In this document: one piece after another, positions 26,488 through 36,191 of the stretch
Layout: each line of letters starts with the position of its first letter
Position numbering within the stretch: the first letter of the stretch is position 1
Origin: Candidatus Beckwithbacteria bacterium
GTDB taxonomy: Bacteria > Patescibacteriota > Microgenomatia > UBA1400 > CG1-02-47-37
Length of the DNA stretch: 64,000 bases
Assembly: GCA_026397255.1 (NCBI GenBank)
Contig: JAPLVF010000011.1
Location: forward strand, 7,589-71,588
Reading direction: 5' to 3'
Position numbers and translations under genes: made by a program
Notes under the pieces: generated by a model
What the model was told of the DNA's origin: nothing
The model's database searches: none
The model's input: only the letters and a program-made list of their open reading frames with translations

Positions 26488-27443
26488 ATTTTTTCAAAAA
26501 TTTCATTTTTTTTGACAAAGCTTTGGAGTAAATCATAAACCCGGCCGAATTCTTTTTGAGAAACATTTTGTTTGACTGCTTCTAATTTGATAGTAATTTG
26601 ATCCGGGCTTAAGTCATAACTGTACCAGCCTTCTTGAGTGTAGAGTTTTTTGGGAGGGTAAAGGAATTGATTGCTGGCTAACTTCTTGTCGACGGGGAAG
26701 CGGGGATAATGGACTAGGTAGGTAAAAATTTGCGGCCGGAGGGAATTTTCATTGAGAACTTTTTCAAGAAATAAATAAGCAGCATGGTGGTCAGGGTGAA
26801 TGTCTCTAGGATGGGGGGCAATAATGACAGTAGGATTAAAAGATTGAATAATTTCATTCAGATCGTTGACAACATTGGTGCCGGTATAAAGCTGCCCGGA
26901 TTTATATGTGCCGCTGTATGGATTGTAAGTAAATTCCGTGCCCTTAGAAGCATAGGGATTGGAAGGGTCATAATATTTATTAAACATCGGAGTTAGGCCT
27001 TGGTCAGGGTAGCCTAAAAAAATAAGATTATCAGCGGTTAAACCTAAAACGGCCGTGGCCGCCTTGGCTTCAGACATTCTTTGCTCGCCCAGACTGACAA
27101 ATTCATTGGGGCTGAGTTTAAGATTTCTATTTTCTTTAATGACAGCGCTGAGACTATTGTCGCCGTTAGTCAGATAAACAATCTTAATAGCGGCACCGGT
27201 TTTAAGGGCATGGTTAATAATTCCGGCAGAACTGATAACTTCATCGTCGACATGGGGTGCCAGGATCAAAATCCGGTCATGGTTGGTTAGATCGGGAAAT
27301 CGGGCTAACTGGCCTTTAGATAAGAAAAAGCTAAGTAGGGCGCCAAACCCAAAAAACCAAAATCCCCAGATAATAAAGACAATAATAATTAGGCGTCGGT
27401 GGCGATGGTTAATTTTTTTTAGCCAACGGAAAAAGCTGGACAT
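26484..27443 (-). CDS. PIG-L family deacetylase, membrane anchored
   Basis: APHVDDE, LTNGD, FLGYPD, DIHPDH. Confidence 0.9.
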   Translation of the reverse strand: MSSFFRWLKKINHRHRRLIIIVFIIWGFWFFGFGALLSFFLSKGQLARFPDLTNHDRILILAPHVDDEVISSAGIINHALKTGAAIKIVYLTNGDNSLSAVIKENRNLKLSPNEFVSLGEQRMSEAKAATAVLGLTADNLIFLGYPDQGLTPMFNKYYDPSNPYASKGTEFTYNPYSGTYKSGQLYTGTNVVNDLNEIIQSFNPTVIIAPHPRDIHPDHHAAYLFLEKVLNENSLRPQIFTYLVHYPRFPVDKKLASNQFLYPPKKLYTQEGWYSYDLSPDQITIKLEAVKQNVSQKEFGRVYDLLQSFVKKNEIFEKM

Positions 27444-27472
27444 AATGAATTTTATCACGGTATAATTCAAAA

Positions 27473-28078
27473 ATGATAAAACTTTTTGAACCGACAAAGG
27501 ATTTGGAGATAGAAGAGGACATATTCAAGACAGAAATTAAAGGATTATGGTATATTGCCAGAAAGCAATTCAGCGATGAAAGAGGTTTTTTTACAGAAGT
27601 AGCCCAGACTTATAAATTGGAAAAAGTATTAGGGCGGCAGTTTGTGGTAAAACAGATTAATCATTCCCGGTCAATAACCAATGTGGTAAGGGGAATGCAT
27701 GCCGAAGATTGGAAAAAAGTGATTACGGTAACGAATGGTGCGGCTTTCTGCGCCTTGGCCGATGTCCGGCCAGAGTCCGCCACTTTCGGTAAAGTGGTTA
27801 ACTTTAAATTAGGGTTCGGAGAGGAATTTTTAACCGGATCATTGCTGGTGGAAGAAGAAATTGCCAATTCTTTTTGCGTGTTAAAGGGGCCGGTGGATTA
27901 TGTTTATTGCGTTGACCGGCTTTACGGTCAGCGGGATCCAAAAGGGGATGTGGCGATTTCTTTGTTTGATCCGGACTTAAAGATTGAGTGGCCGATTAAA
28001 AGAGAAGAGATGATTTTAAGCCAGAGAGATAAGAACTCAATTACTTTGCGGCAAAGGTTTCCGGAGAAGTTTAAGTGA
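27473..28078 (+). CDS. rfbC: dTDP-4-dehydrorhamnose 3,5-epimerase family
   Basis: DERGFF, QINHSRS, VVRGMH, DVRPESATFG, DPDLKIEWP. Confidence 0.85.
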   Translation: MIKLFEPTKDLEIEEDIFKTEIKGLWYIARKQFSDERGFFTEVAQTYKLEKVLGRQFVVKQINHSRSITNVVRGMHAEDWKKVITVTNGAAFCALADVRPESATFGKVVNFKLGFGEEFLTGSLLVEEEIANSFCVLKGPVDYVYCVDRLYGQRDPKGDVAISLFDPDLKIEWPIKREEMILSQRDKNSITLRQRFPEKFK

Positions 28079-28438
28079 GATAATAAAGAGCGTCAGCATA
28101 ACCAATTGGCAGGCAAGACAGACGGGGCAGAGGACATTTTCCATAAATATTTCCAAATAAGTTAGGCGCAGGCAAAAAAGCATGCCAAACGTGCTCATAA
28201 ACAAGTGAAGTTTGAGCAACTTCATTAAAGAGGCGTAGAGAATTAAAATATAGCCGATTAGGCCGACTAAAGAGACGGGAATGCCGAAAAGAGTCGCCAG
28301 GTTGCCTTTAGTGACGGCCTCACAATTAACGGTTTGACTGATGTTGCAGAGACCGGAAGGGATGACTGCCAGATAGTTGTAAAATAAATAGCTGGCTAAC
28401 AGAATGCCAATGAGGCAAAGAATAACGGAAAGTTTCAT
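28037..28438 (-). CDS. Vitamin K epoxide reductase (VKOR) family
   Basis: CNISQTVNCEAV, FGIPVSLVG, LCPVC. Confidence 0.9.
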   Translation of the reverse strand: MKLSVILCLIGILLASYLFYNYLAVIPSGLCNISQTVNCEAVTKGNLATLFGIPVSLVGLIGYILILYASLMKLLKLHLFMSTFGMLFCLRLTYLEIFMENVLCPVCLACQLVMLTLFIISLKLLRKPLPQSN

Positions 28439-28554
28439 AACTTTATTATTATAAATATTTATTGTACAATCAAGACGTAAGTTTTCGCAGGTGTCTTTTG
28501 GTTGCCAGTCGGTTGCCAAGGGATTCTGCTTTTGAGGGGTGGTGAGATAAGTAA

Positions 28555-28827
28555 ATGAAGTTATACGTAGGCAATCTAGATTACACCGTTACTGGCGATG
28601 CGTTAGCGCAGTTGTTTGGTGAGTGTGGTCAAGTAATTCAAGCAGTAGTAATTTCTGACAGAAATACAGGCCGTTCAAAAGGTTTTGGTTTCGTAGAAAT
28701 GGCTGACGAGGATGCAAAAAAAGCCATGCAAAAATTTAACGAATTTGACTTTCAAGGTAGAAAGTTAAGAGTTAATGAAGCTAGGCCGTTGCAGCCAAGA
28801 CAAGATTTTCGACCCAGAAATCACTAA
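28555..28827 (+). CDS. RRM RNA-binding protein
   Basis: RNP2 LYVGNL, RNP1 KGFGFVEM, LRVNEARP. Confidence 0.95.
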   Translation: MKLYVGNLDYTVTGDALAQLFGECGQVIQAVVISDRNTGRSKGFGFVEMADEDAKKAMQKFNEFDFQGRKLRVNEARPLQPRQDFRPRNH

Positions 28828-28840
28828 TAGTTAATAAAGA

Positions 28841-29230
28841 ATGACTCCAAGTAAGTCAACTTTTTGGTTAACATTGGGAATGTTTTTACTGGTGTTAATA
28901 CCGGTGATAATTTGGGGCTTGGTTAGCACCAAATCAGCGGTTAAACCAGGACAATACGACAATTTGGCTAAATGCTTGACCCAGTCGGGTGCCAAAATGT
29001 TTGGCGCTTATTGGTGTACGCATTGCCAAAATCAAAAACGAAGCTTTGGGGATTCTTTCCAGTATATTAAGTACGTGGAATGTGCTTTAGCGGTAGGAAA
29101 TGAGCCAGCCCAAGAATGTAAAGACGCCGGGATTAAGGTATATCCGACGTGGATTTTTGGCAACGGCGAGAGAGTGGAGGGGGAAATGAGTGTTGAACAA
29201 TTGATGCAAAAAAGCAGTTGCCAAATTTAA
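28841..29230 (+). CDS. Membrane-anchored thioredoxin-like protein (probable VKOR partner)
   Basis: FGAYWCTHCQNQK, YVEC, YPTW. Confidence 0.85.
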   Translation: MTPSKSTFWLTLGMFLLVLIPVIIWGLVSTKSAVKPGQYDNLAKCLTQSGAKMFGAYWCTHCQNQKRSFGDSFQYIKYVECALAVGNEPAQECKDAGIKVYPTWIFGNGERVEGEMSVEQLMQKSSCQI

Positions 29231-29246
29231 GGAGGTGAGATAAGTA

Positions 29247-29720
29247 ATGAAAAAGCTATTATTTCTCGGGTTAGCGGCGTTATTATTAACAGGCTGTCTA
29301 CAAAAAAAGACAGCCGTAACTACCCCTGAAGAAAAACCCAGTAAAGTGGAAGAATTTACCGGTAACTTACTAAAGGCGATGGGGTCAGGTCTGCCAATAA
29401 AGTGTGATTGGCAGAAAGATACCAGTCAAGCGACGGCTTATATTAAAGGCAAACAGATGTTCATTGAAACGACCCACGCGGAGAGAACAGGATACATTAT
29501 TCTGAAAGATAATTGTTTTTGGACTTGGAATAAAGGAGAACCGACAGGAATGAAACTTTGTTCTGAACCGGCCGCGTCAGATGAAAATAAATTCCAGGGA
29601 ATTGATTGGAGCCAGGAATACAACTGTGGCCCGGCAATATTTGGTGATGATAAATTTGTGCCGCCGAATGAAATTAAGTTTACTGACCTGGGAGAGATGA
29701 TGAAAGGGGCTGGGCAATGA
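29247..29720 (+). CDS. Hypothetical lipoprotein
   Basis: Lipobox LTGC; GGAGGTGA SD. Confidence 0.75.
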   Translation: MKKLLFLGLAALLLTGCLQKKTAVTTPEEKPSKVEEFTGNLLKAMGSGLPIKCDWQKDTSQATAYIKGKQMFIETTHAERTGYIILKDNCFWTWNKGEPTGMKLCSEPAASDENKFQGIDWSQEYNCGPAIFGDDKFVPPNEIKFTDLGEMMKGAGQ

Positions 29721-30550
29721 GCGTCGGGCTGTTTCAGACAAAAGAATATGGCGAAATTTTCGCCAAGAATTTTTGTGATCCAAAAAATATTATTGATGGG
29801 ATTTGGGAAATTTATGAGGATAAATTGGTTTTGTTGGGGATGAAGCCGGTGTTACCCCACTTCGCCGAGGCTTCGCGGGGCGAGGGTGGTCAGGAAGTAA
29901 CTGATTATGCGAAAACGGATATTAAACAGTTACCGACGGGGTATAAAAAAATTCAGTTGGATTATGTGAGGGAGGATAGTGAAACATACACCCACTTCGC
30001 TAAAAGCTTCGCTAGGGTCACGAAGCAGGAGGTTTCTCCCTATATTGAGTTACCGAGTTCTTGGGAAGAGTATTTGGGCGGATTGGAAAGAAAATATCGA
30101 AAAGAATTAAAGAGAAAATTTAAACGCCTAGGGGAAACAGAATATCAGGTGGTGACCGAGAAAAATATAGATGAATTTGTCCGGTTGCACCGTTTGTCTG
30201 ATCCGGCGAAAAATAAGTTTATGAGTGAGCCAATGGCAAAGTTTTTTAAAGATGTGGTTGAGGCAAAAATTCCGGGTTGGAAGGTGTCTTTAAACTTTTT
30301 AAAGATAGAAGATAAATATGCCGCCGGAATAATGAGCTTTGAGAATCAAGACGAGTGGTGGTTGTATAACTCCGGTTATGGCCCGGAATTTAGTTTTTAC
30401 AGTGTGGGGTTATTGTTAAAAGCCCTGAGTATTAAACAGGCGATTGAGGCGGGTAAGAAAAAATATGATTTTTTGCGCGGCAGCGAGCGGTATAAATACG
30501 AGTTGGGAGGGAAAAATTTACAGTTATACAAGATAGAAATAGAGCTTTAG
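29717..30550 (+). CDS. GNAT family N-acetyltransferase (CelD/BcsL-like)
   Basis: LPSSWEEYL, YNSGY, YSVGLLL, YDFLRGSERYK. Confidence 0.88.
   Translation: MSVGLFQTKEYGEIFAKNFCDPKNIIDGIWEIYEDKLVLLGMKPVLPHFAEASRGEGGQEVTDYAKTDIKQLPTGYKKIQLDYVREDSETYTHFAKSFARVTKQEVSPYIELPSSWEEYLGGLERKYRKELKRKFKRLGETEYQVVTEKNIDEFVRLHRLSDPAKNKFMSEPMAKFFKDVVEAKIPGWKVSLNFLKIEDKYAAGIMSFENQDEWWLYNSGYGPEFSFYSVGLLLKALSIKQAIEAGKKKYDFLRGSERYKYELGGKNLQLYKIEIEL
29855..29885. repeat. REP-like palindromic element inserted in frame (PHFAEASRGE)
   Basis: CCCCACTTCGCCGAGGCTTCGCGGGGCGAGG; relatives at 29991, 57004, 63510. Confidence 0.7.
29991..30019. repeat. Second REP-like element in the GNAT gene
   Basis: CCCACTTCGCTAAAAGCTTCGCTAGGG shares CCCACTTCGC and GCTTCGC with the 29855 copy. 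Confidence 0.65.
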
Positions 30551-31278
30551 AGCTTGGTAATTTCGGCAATGATGGCCTGGTGGTCGGAAAGTCCGGTTTG
30601 GAGATAAATATTTTTAACCAGGTATTGGGGACTAGAAAACAGGCCATCAACCACTAATTGGAGCGGGCCGGCCTGGTGGAGTTGGGGATCAATAGTCGTG
30701 GTGATATTGAGGGGAAGACTATCATGATATAAAGAGGCCAGGGTGGTCCAAGTTTTTTGGCCGCGGGGGGCGTTAAAGTCACCACAAAGCACAAATTCGG
30801 GAATAGTTTTAAGAATGTCTAGAAGTTTTTGCAGTGGTTTTGCCTGAATTTGGTCGGCGGTTTCCGGTTTGGCCCAAGTAAAATGAGCGTTGGCAACAGT
30901 AAACGATTGGTGGTTTTTGGTAACAGTGGTCCAAAGCAGGGCGCGTCCGGAAGAGCCGGGGCCGGTATAAGTCAGAAGGGGCTTGGCTTGGCCGAAATAA
31001 TATTGATGCTGGGTGTTGGTTAGGGATAAACGGGAGAGAATTGCCATGCCCCAGACTTCTTTTTGCAGGTTACCGGAGTGATAATTTTCTTGTTCGCTAA
31101 GATACCAGAGGGGGACAAAGGCGGCTTTGAGGCTAAGCGCTGTTTCCAGATACGCGACGTCTTTTTGGAAAACTTCTTGAAGACAAACAATGTCCGCTTC
31201 GGCCTTTTTTAAAAAGGGGATAACCAGTTGAAAGTGTTTTCTGGCCTCGATATTTAAAGAGATAAGTTTAAGAGACAT
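30547..31278 (-). CDS. Endonuclease/exonuclease/phosphatase family protein
   Basis: ISLNIE, DIVCLQEV, CGDFNA, LSDH. Confidence 0.92.
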   Translation of the reverse strand: MSLKLISLNIEARKHFQLVIPFLKKAEADIVCLQEVFQKDVAYLETALSLKAAFVPLWYLSEQENYHSGNLQKEVWGMAILSRLSLTNTQHQYYFGQAKPLLTYTGPGSSGRALLWTTVTKNHQSFTVANAHFTWAKPETADQIQAKPLQKLLDILKTIPEFVLCGDFNAPRGQKTWTTLASLYHDSLPLNITTTIDPQLHQAGPLQLVVDGLFSSPQYLVKNIYLQTGLSDHQAIIAEITKL

Positions 31279-31334
31279 AGATAAATTATACTATGATATA
31301 ATTCGTCTTATCCTGCCAGAAAGCAGGATTTTTT

Positions 31335-32915
31335 ATGGCAATATCGGAACATCTCAGAGAAAAAGCGGAACATGTCTTGGGAGAAAGTTTAACAGACAGA
31401 TTAGTTTTGCCGGTGCAGATTATGCCGGAAAGATCCGGTGATCCGTTGGGGGAAGCTCTACCAAGTGGTTTACCGGCAGTTTTGGTATTTAGTGAAGCGG
31501 CAAAAAGAGAATATGAAAACGGTAACTTTAAGAATTTGCGCTTGGGTTATAAACGTATATTGAGTGAATTAAGAGGAGATAATAAGGGGAAGCTTGGATT
31601 TTTTGTGGAGGTGGGAGACTCGGATTGTTTGGCCATTGGCGAAGTTGATAAAGAGGGAGTAAAAATTAATCTTAAAGAAGGAGGATTTGTAAAATTTGAT
31701 CCAGAGAAACAAAAGTTAGGATTGAAAATTATTACCGGAAGAGAGGCAAGAAACACGATTAATGATTTTTGGGCAGAGCGGTTTATGATTAATCTTGAGG
31801 GTGAAGCTGTTCAGTCGATAGATCCAAGAATAGAAAAACTACAGGAAGAGATTGGTTTAGTGGATAGGACGCGAGAGAATATTAATAGGGTTTTTGAAAG
31901 AGAATGGATGAGTCCAAATTATGGTTCAGCCAGATTGTGGGGAATAAAGACCGAGGTGGATGGGGAAACAGTAGAATTACCAGTGTTGGTGATGACTGAG
32001 TCAGGGAAGCAGATTAGTCAGCAGTTGCGGCCAAAGATTCTAGTGGAGGAGGCGGGTCAAATTACAACTTTGGATATAGAAATTATTCCCGGTAAAAGAG
32101 GGCAAGTGAGGGCGAGGAAGGATGGGGATGAGGTTGATTTATTTGATAATTTAGGCACCAATTTTTTATCCGCCAGTGATATAGCTAACAATAAACTGGC
32201 AAACATGAGAGATACGGAAAGACTTAGAGCGGTTGGAATTTTTGTTTCAGAAAGATTTGGCAGTTTGCGCACGGCATTGCTTCAAGTCAATTTAGAAAAA
32301 CAAACACTGAGGGTGTTTGATGAGAAAGGGTGGCTAAAAGACGCGGCAAAATTAAAGGAGCAAATACAGATGATTGAGGCTGAAGCAGAGAAAAATAAAG
32401 CCAGGATAGTTGATTTAGATAATGAGGAGACATTGAAGACAGCAGCGTGGCTAGAGAATGGAGACCTTAATTTATTTGATTATCTGGATAGAAGGCTGGG
32501 AGGAGGTTGGGGAGAAAGGGTAAAAGATGGAGTTGTTGGGGAAAAGCGGTCGGCATTTTGGGAAAATAAAGATAATCAGGCGGTAGTGAAGGGAATTGCC
32601 TGGAAGGCGGGATATTTTTATAAAAACTCATTGCATAATTACAGTTATGGTTCAGTGATGTCAACGCAAGACGAGGGTAAAATTGTGACAACGCACATGA
32701 GGGTAGATATTAAAGGTGTCTCGAGTCGGGGATTGACTGAGGATAGATTGGAGTCAGCGGGGAATAAGGAAGACGGGGTAGATGTAGAAATATATGTGCT
32801 TCTGGATAAAACAATTAAAGTGCATGTTGGCAATCAGGCTAAAGATTTGAAACAGCCAGAAGAAAAACAGTTTTGGCTGAAGGTGTTGGCGGGAATGAAA
32901 ATAGATCATTCCTGA
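31335..32915 (+). CDS. Hypothetical protein (526 aa)
   Basis: Long ORF; no family recognised. Confidence 0.7.
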   Translation: MAISEHLREKAEHVLGESLTDRLVLPVQIMPERSGDPLGEALPSGLPAVLVFSEAAKREYENGNFKNLRLGYKRILSELRGDNKGKLGFFVEVGDSDCLAIGEVDKEGVKINLKEGGFVKFDPEKQKLGLKIITGREARNTINDFWAERFMINLEGEAVQSIDPRIEKLQEEIGLVDRTRENINRVFEREWMSPNYGSARLWGIKTEVDGETVELPVLVMTESGKQISQQLRPKILVEEAGQITTLDIEIIPGKRGQVRARKDGDEVDLFDNLGTNFLSASDIANNKLANMRDTERLRAVGIFVSERFGSLRTALLQVNLEKQTLRVFDEKGWLKDAAKLKEQIQMIEAEAEKNKARIVDLDNEETLKTAAWLENGDLNLFDYLDRRLGGGWGERVKDGVVGEKRSAFWENKDNQAVVKGIAWKAGYFYKNSLHNYSYGSVMSTQDEGKIVTTHMRVDIKGVSSRGLTEDRLESAGNKEDGVDVEIYVLLDKTIKVHVGNQAKDLKQPEEKQFWLKVLAGMKIDHS

Positions 32916-33170
32916 GTATTTTTAGTGAACGGAATTCAGTTATTAACTTGATATGACAATAATTATTCCCAAGGTGCGTCGCCGTAGATAATGACTTTTG
33001 TGCCGGGGTTTTCACTAGAAGCGAGGAGACTGGTTTTATCCCGCAGTTCAGGATTAGCCCAATAATAAAACAGGGCGACTTCTTCGGTTTTCATAGAGAC
33101 ATTGGGAAAGTAATAAGCTGAGGTTTGACCTAAAACCGCATTTATATTATATAATGAAAAAACATAAAGT

Positions 33171-33674
33171 ATGAAAACAGTGGCTCTAACTTTACAAAGA
33201 TATTTAGCCTTAAGGTTAAACTTGGTGATTTATTTGGCAGGATTTTTAATTCCCCTTATTTTTACTCATCCGCAGGTGGTAACCGGAACAATTGTTAATG
33301 CTTTAATTTTTACGGTGGCGGATAGATTAAGCAAAAAAGCCCTGTGGCCGATTTTGATCCTGCCCAGTTTGGGGGCGGTCAGCCGGGGACTGCTGTTTGG
33401 GCCGCAGACATTTTTCCTGATTTACTTTCTGCCGTTTATTTGGCTGGGGAATTATGTTCAAGTGACAGTGTTTGGTTTAACGAAAGGACAAAGCTATGGT
33501 TTGAGAATAGGCGGAGCGGCAGTAGCTAAATATATCGTGCTAGTGGGTATTGCCAATATTTATTTTAGGTTGAATATTGTGCCGCAATTGTTCGTGATGT
33601 CGATGGGGGCAATTCAATTAATAACTGCCTGTTTAGGAGGGTTGGTAGCAAAATGTCTGAAGTCGATCGCTTAA
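33171..33674 (+). CDS. ECF S-component-like membrane protein
   Basis: HPQVVTGTIVNA, LPFIWLGN, QLITACLGG; several TM helices. Confidence 0.6.
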   Translation: MKTVALTLQRYLALRLNLVIYLAGFLIPLIFTHPQVVTGTIVNALIFTVADRLSKKALWPILILPSLGAVSRGLLFGPQTFFLIYFLPFIWLGNYVQVTVFGLTKGQSYGLRIGGAAVAKYIVLVGIANIYFRLNIVPQLFVMSMGAIQLITACLGGLVAKCLKSIA

Positions 33675-34444
33675 TTCAAGCCTTAACTGAGAAAAAGAAG
33701 TTGGTGGCAATGATGGCCCCGTCTTTTCCGATTGTTTTTGCTTACCCGGGTATTATTGCCAGTTTAAAAAAGTTAGGATTTAGCTATTTTATTGAGGTGT
33801 CGGTCGGAGCCAAAAAAACTAACGAAGAATTACTGGAACTAATGAGAAAAAATCCGGAAGGACGGTATATTACCAGTCCCTGTCCGACGATCGTCCGGAT
33901 GGTCAGGAAGCAAATGCCTCAGTATGCTAAATACTTTACGACTGGAGTGGATTCGCCGATGGTGGCGACGGCTAAGATTGCGGCGGAAAAGTTTCCAGGC
34001 TGCCAACCGGTCTTTATCGGGCCGTGTATTGTGAAAAAATTGGAAGCGGTGGAAGACCATCCGGAACTGAATATTTTAGTGATTACGTACGAAGAGCTAA
34101 GGCAGGTTTTTGACCATTTTAAGATAAATATTCAAGAGAAAGGCGGGGAAAACGACAGATTTGATCTGGCAGAGACAGGTTTAACCAGAATTTATCCGGT
34201 GGATGGGGGGTTGTCCCACAGCAGCGGGGTGATGCAAAAATTTTCCGGGGGGGAAGTTAAGGTGGTGTCGGGGTGGGAAAATTGCCAGCAGGCAATTAAA
34301 GATTTTAATACAGATCCTAAGCTCAGGTTGCTGGATATTTTGTTTTGCGAAGGCGGATGCATCGGCGGGCCGGGGATAAAGAGCAGTTTAACGATAGAGG
34401 AGCGGATGAAGAAAATTCTGGATTATTACGCGAAAAATGCTTAA
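33653..34444 (+). CDS. Minimal [FeFe]-hydrogenase H-domain-like protein
   Basis: APSF, ITSPCP, FIGPCIVKKLE, DILFCEGGCIGGPG. Confidence 0.88.
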   Translation: MSEVDRLIQALTEKKKLVAMMAPSFPIVFAYPGIIASLKKLGFSYFIEVSVGAKKTNEELLELMRKNPEGRYITSPCPTIVRMVRKQMPQYAKYFTTGVDSPMVATAKIAAEKFPGCQPVFIGPCIVKKLEAVEDHPELNILVITYEELRQVFDHFKINIQEKGGENDRFDLAETGLTRIYPVDGGLSHSSGVMQKFSGGEVKVVSGWENCQQAIKDFNTDPKLRLLDILFCEGGCIGGPGIKSSLTIEERMKKILDYYAKNA

Positions 34445-34453
34445 GATAGGTTA

Positions 34454-35134
34454 ATGGTGAATTTACAGCCGATTTTAAATAACAAGGGAAAAATTATCAT
34501 TGCGGCGTTGGACCATAGGGAGTCATTAAAAAAACTTTTACCGGAACCAGAAATGGCGGGGTTTAAAAAAAGACTGACAGAATTATTATTACCGGAGGTA
34601 TCGGCAATTTTACTGGATCCGGAGTATGGCCAAGAAGCAGCCAAATTAGTGACCAACAAGGCACTAATTTATAATTTGGAAGAATCGGGAAAATGTAAGG
34701 AAAAATTAAGTTTGCACCCGAATTGGGGAGTAAAACAGGCAAAAGCAGCCGGGGCGGTGGGGGCAAAATTGTTGTGGTATTATCGCGTGGAGGAGAAAGA
34801 AGCAGTGAAAAAAATCGGGGAAGAATGTAAAAAAGAGGAAATGATTTTTTTACTGGAGGTGATGGATTGTCCCGAGGCGGAGTTAGAAGGGCTTGGGGCG
34901 GATATTTTAAAGTTAAAGTTTCCGGGGGCAAAAGTGAAAACGCCATGGGTGTTACTCTCGCTTGGAGTAGGGTTTGAAGAGTACAAAGAACAGGTAAAAA
35001 TTAGCTGCCAAAACGGGGCGCGCGGAATTGCGGTCGGGCGGGCGCTGTGGCAGGATCAGGTGAATAACTTGAACGAAAAAATAATCAAATCCAGAATTAA
35101 ACAGTTGGTGGAAATTGTTAACGGTTATGAATAA
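34454..35134 (+). CDS. Tagatose-1,6-bisphosphate aldolase-like (LacD/class I) protein
   Basis: AALDHRESL, AILLDPEYG, GADILKL, PWVLLS, VGRALWQD. Confidence 0.8.
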   Translation: MVNLQPILNNKGKIIIAALDHRESLKKLLPEPEMAGFKKRLTELLLPEVSAILLDPEYGQEAAKLVTNKALIYNLEESGKCKEKLSLHPNWGVKQAKAAGAVGAKLLWYYRVEEKEAVKKIGEECKKEEMIFLLEVMDCPEAELEGLGADILKLKFPGAKVKTPWVLLSLGVGFEEYKEQVKISCQNGARGIAVGRALWQDQVNNLNEKIIKSRIKQLVEIVNGYE

Positions 35135-36152
35135 AAAGACGATCAGAGACATTGATTTAAGAGGGAAAAAGATTTTATTGCGGGTGGATTACAATGTGGC
35201 TTTGGAGAATGGGCAAGTGGCAGATGAGTTAAGAATCAGTCAAACAATTCCGACAATTGAGTATTTATTAAAACAAGACTGTCGGATAATTTTAATGTCA
35301 CACTTAGGACGACCGGAAGGAAAAGTGATACCGGAATTATCTTTAAAGCCAGTAGTTGAATGTTTGGCCAAATTCCTGCAAAAAGAAGTAAGCTTTGGAG
35401 AGCCGAAAGGTAAAATTAGTTTGTTGGAAAACCTGCGGTTTAACCCGGGGGAAGAAGCAAACACTGCAGATTTTAGCCGCCAGTTGGCAAATTTAGGAGA
35501 AGTGTTTGTTAATGATGCTTTTGGGGTTTGCCATCGGGCGCAGGCGTCAACGGTGGGAGTGACAAAATTTTTACCGGCGGTGGCGGGGTTATTACTGGAG
35601 CAAGAAGTGGACATTATCATTAAAGCAATGGAGAAGCCTCAAAGACCGTTAGTGGTAATCGTCGGCGGGGCTAAACTGGAGACAAAAATAGGGTTGATTA
35701 AGAAATTACTGATAAAAGCAGATCAGTTGTTAGTCGGCGGGGCGGTAGCTAATAAACTAATGGAAGATGTTGATAGTCAGCTGGCAAACGGAGAGAAAAT
35801 GAGGTTGCCGGTTGACGGAGTTTGGGAAGAAAAGATAATGAGGGATATTGGACCAAAGACGCGAGAGTTGTTTGGAGAAATAATCGGCCGGGCCAAGACA
35901 ATTATTTGGAATGGGCCGATGGGAATGTTTGAAAAACCTAAATTTTCCCAAGGCACGGAGTTTATTTATCAGTCAATTAAAAAGAATCGACAGGCCTTAT
36001 CGATTGTGGGTGGAGGGGACACGTTGGCGGCGTTAAATAAAAATAAAGATTATGTCAAAAGTTTTACTCATGTTTCGACCGGCGGCGGAGCGATGTTGGA
36101 ATTGATTGAAAAGGGGAGCTTGCCGGGGATTGATGTCTTGATGGACAAGTAG
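35127..36152 (+). CDS. pgk: Phosphoglycerate kinase
   Basis: RVDYNV, SHLGRP, LENLRF, VNDAFG..HR, WNGPMG, HVSTGGGA. Confidence 0.97.
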   Translation: MNKKTIRDIDLRGKKILLRVDYNVALENGQVADELRISQTIPTIEYLLKQDCRIILMSHLGRPEGKVIPELSLKPVVECLAKFLQKEVSFGEPKGKISLLENLRFNPGEEANTADFSRQLANLGEVFVNDAFGVCHRAQASTVGVTKFLPAVAGLLLEQEVDIIIKAMEKPQRPLVVIVGGAKLETKIGLIKKLLIKADQLLVGGAVANKLMEDVDSQLANGEKMRLPVDGVWEEKIMRDIGPKTRELFGEIIGRAKTIIWNGPMGMFEKPKFSQGTEFIYQSIKKNRQALSIVGGGDTLAALNKNKDYVKSFTHVSTGGGAMLELIEKGSLPGIDVLMDK

Positions 36153-36191
36153 TTTTGTGGTAAACTCCGACTATATTAGGAGGAGTACTAC

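Noticed and set aside
31310-31334. ATCCTGC/GCAGGAT hairpin plus T-run just before the 526-aa gene
   Set aside because: Single short hairpin; cannot distinguish regulatory role from chance or repeat
32963-33094. 43-aa minus-strand ORF MKTEEVALFYYW...
   Set aside because: No recognisable family or independent support; possibly a remnant
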